From assembly GCA_047495785.1 (NCBI GenBank), contig JBLDXI010000054.1:2108001-2172000 (forward strand): a DNA stretch of 64,000 nucleotides, written 5' to 3'. The stretch comes from Lepidodermella squamata (taxonomy: Eukaryota > Animalia > Gastrotricha). Each line of letters opens with the position of its first letter. Position 1 is the first letter of the stretch. A model generated the notes under the pieces. The model ran no database searches and was not told the DNA's origin. It worked only from the letters and a program-made list of their open reading frames with translations. Both the position numbers and the translations under genes were made by a program. Shown here in pieces: positions 61,735 through 64,000 of the stretch.

Positions 61735-62730
61735 CGTGCCCGCTCTCGGCGAGTTTTCTGTCGGTCAACGGATGCTCGCTGATGCTGTTAGCCGTTTGAA
61801 GTCCTTCAAGGCCCCTGGCTTGGATGGTATTCAAAACATCTACCTGAAGTGGGGTGGCCCTGTCCTGCAAACCCACCTTCGTCGGCTATTCAACATGTCT
61901 CTTGGGAGTCGTTACGTGCCTAAAGCGTGGAAAGAAGCGGTTGTGGTGCCTATCCCGACGGCCGGCAAGCCGCAGAACCATGTCTCGTCACAGCGTCCCA
62001 TCTCCTTGCTGCCGACTGACGCCAAGCTCGATCGTGGCTCGGTGGATGACCCAGTTTCTTGAAAGTCAACACCTTCTCCCTGAGAAATCAGTTTGCCTTC
62101 CGTCCGCACCATTCCGCGCCAGATGTCCCACTTCGCATCGTTCATCGCGTCCACGTCAACCGCTCCCTGCGCAAGAAGACTGTTGTGGCAGGCCTGGATG
62201 TTCAGGCGGCCTACGATTCCGTGTGGCACGCCGGCTGGCCAAGCTGCCTCTCCCGCGAAATTTGGTCGGCTGGTTGGCCGACTATCTTCGCGACCGTCGT
62301 CTGCAAGCTCGCGTGGCGGGCTCGCTGAGTCGTCAAGTCGTCGTCCATTGCGGGGTGCCGCAGGGTTCCCCGTTGTCGCCGCTTCTCTACATTCTGTACA
62401 CCGCCGATTTGCTGTCCGCCCCAAGCGTGGATGGCACGTTGCTGCAGGCCTACGCGGACGATCTAACTGTCGTCGGCGAGGGTGGCACGTTCCCTGCTGC
62501 TCAGCGTCGCCTCCAATTGGAGCTCACTCGTATTTCCGACTGGGCCAAGAAATGGCGCCAGAAGTTTAATCCCGCGAAGAGCGAAGTTATGCCCTTTGGT
62601 AACGCGTCCGTTGATGTTAGGCTCAACGGAGCCGTAATTCCGCAAGTCGAGTCGTTACGAGTTCTCGGTGTTCACTTGGACCCTAAACTGACGTGGAAAG
62701 TTCATGTGGACAAGGTCTCTGACCGTTGCC
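61735..62730 (+). mobile_element. Inverted duplicate of the LINE RT segment at 56837-57832
   Basis: Part of the right arm of the inverted duplication. Translated ORFs are identical. Confidence 0.9.
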
Positions 62731-62826
62731 CAATTATAATTGTTGGATAAAGAATAAGTCATTTACGTTTTCGAGAAGTTCAAGCTGCTCTTTTTTCAAA
62801 TTGATTTTATTCCTTCGACTTGGATT
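62731..62826 (-). pseudogene. Remnant of a multi-homeodomain exon-1 end
   Basis: ttcgagaagttcaagctgctcttttttcaaattgattttattccttcgacttgga matches copy 3 at about 50400-50457. Confidence 0.65.
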
Positions 62827-62907
62827 GGAAAATATCTGCGTATCGATTTTCGAATTCTAAGATAGGAGACGTTTTATAAAAATAACTGATTGATTGCAAC
62901 CTGACAA

Positions 62908-63597
62908 ATGGCTAGCAACACCTTGCGAATCAAACTTCTGCAGATGGCCGAAAGCGATGAAATAAGTGAATTAACCAAGAAACTTGGTTTCTCGATAGCT
63001 TCTATGCTCGGCGATTTGGTCTCGATCGAGACTGAGCGGAAGGATGAAATATTGCTGGTCACTCAACAGTACCAGCAATTTGTCGAAGAAGTCAAAGAAG
63101 ACTGTGCCGACAACGCCGAAAATGTGATTGATGCTATGAAACAAACCCTCAACGAGGTCAATGACAATGGACGTGTCATCGAGGCTGTACACGAGGCCAT
63201 GTCCCAGCGCGACAGGGCGAACAATCTGCTCATTACTGGCATCACGGTTCCGGATGGCAACACGTTCGGGGCCCTGAACGACCTCGTCAACTGTATGGGG
63301 ATCAAGGGATTTGATGTTAATGACCGTATTTGCCGAGCTAATATCATCGTTAACAACAAAGACGAACTGCCGTCCAAAATTATCGTCCAACTCAGGTACG
63401 GGTCCGACAAGAAGCTGTTCCTCGAAAACGCCCCGAAGTTGCGCAAAGTTAGGGGCTGGGAGAAGGTCTTCATCAGCAAGGACTTAACTCCTAGCCAAGC
63501 CAAGGTCGAATTCGAAAAGCGAGAAAGAAGAAGGCTTCAGCAAACACAGACTGGCGCACCGACCAAAAAGAAACTTGAACGCCCTGGTGAGGATTAG
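62908..63597 (+). CDS. Non-LTR retrotransposon (CR1/L2-like) ORF1p: coiled coil plus RRM-like domain
   Basis: RANNLLITGI...PSKIIVQL...KVFISKDLTPSQ..ERRR, typical of L1-like ORF1 C-termini. Confidence 0.8.
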   Translation: MASNTLRIKLLQMAESDEISELTKKLGFSIASMLGDLVSIETERKDEILLVTQQYQQFVEEVKEDCADNAENVIDAMKQTLNEVNDNGRVIEAVHEAMSQRDRANNLLITGITVPDGNTFGALNDLVNCMGIKGFDVNDRICRANIIVNNKDELPSKIIVQLRYGSDKKLFLENAPKLRKVRGWEKVFISKDLTPSQAKVEFEKRERRRLQQTQTGAPTKKKLERPGED

Positions 63598-63684
63598 GAA
63601 CTCGGCGCTCTGTCCTCCAAAGTGACGCTCGGAAACGGCACTCCAAACAATAATCAAATATTAACCGATGAATTATCTGTGAAT

Positions 63685-64000
63685 ATGCCATGCTACGTTA
63701 TTAATACGAGACAGTTAACTAAACCTTGTAAAATATCGAAACTACTCCTAGATCTTATTACTCTAAATATCATGTTTGCTTTCGTGACTGAAACCTGGCA
63801 CGATGAAGATGTTAATACCTCTTTCTTTGAAAATAATGGCTATAGTGTTCACAGAGCTAACCGCTCAGACAGAGGGCATGGAGGGTCTATGCTGTTAGTT
63901 CATAAATCGCTCGAATCTATTCTTATTGCCAATACCTCTATAAACGGATGGTGTGAGATTGTCATTTGTGATGTCCTAATCAACAAAACAAAGCTTCGTT
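63685..64000 (+). CDS. LINE ORF2 start (APE endonuclease), running off the window
   Basis: MPCYVINTR...FVTETW...GYSVHRANR..GHGGSMLLV. Confidence 0.88.
   Translation, partial: MPCYVINTRQLTKPCKISKLLLDLITLNIMFAFVTETWHDEDVNTSFFENNGYSVHRANRSDRGHGGSMLLVHKSLESILIANTSINGWCEIVICDVLINKTKLR

Larger units (their letters stand above)
56837..62730. repeat. Large inverted duplication: 2,358-bp arms (56837-59194 and 60373-62730) with a 1,178-bp spacer
   Basis: Mirror-image ORF pairs all sum to 119567 (for example 57505..57963 and 61604..62062). No differences were seen in the spots compared. Confidence 0.95.

Overview
Animal (invertebrate-type) nuclear DNA: AT-rich intergenic sequence, GT-AG introns (many about 50 nt) and dense transposon traffic. 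From left to right: a deleted duplicate of a 7TM receptor tail; a death-fold(?)-TIR-NB-ARC-ankyrin STAND gene interrupted by a nested insertion that contains a complete, young Ty3/Gypsy LTR element; two orphan class-A-like 7TM genes (one frameshifted); a C2H2 zinc-finger gene followed by two finger-less mini-paralogues; a tandem pair of coiled-coil genes, one carrying a long-TIR foldback MITE; a roughly 1,800-aa multi-exon gene ending in a PH domain fused to an actin-like domain; a divergent U1 snRNA gene whose 5' splice-site recognition sequence is ACUAAC instead of ACUUAC; two tandem, intact, soluble 'N-terminus + actuator domain only' derivatives of a PMCA-type Ca2+ pump; a rapidly evolving tandem array of seven-homeodomain genes; several Jockey/I-like LINE pieces; an inverted duplication with 2.36-kb arms; and the 5' end of a CR1/L2-like LINE. 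The strongest candidates for novelty are the specificity-shifted U1, the transmembrane-less PMCA actuator proteins, the hepta-homeodomain cluster, the PH-actin fusion and the TIR-NB-ARC-ankyrin receptor. All exon structures were inferred by eye from splice motifs and frame continuity, and no database searches were run.
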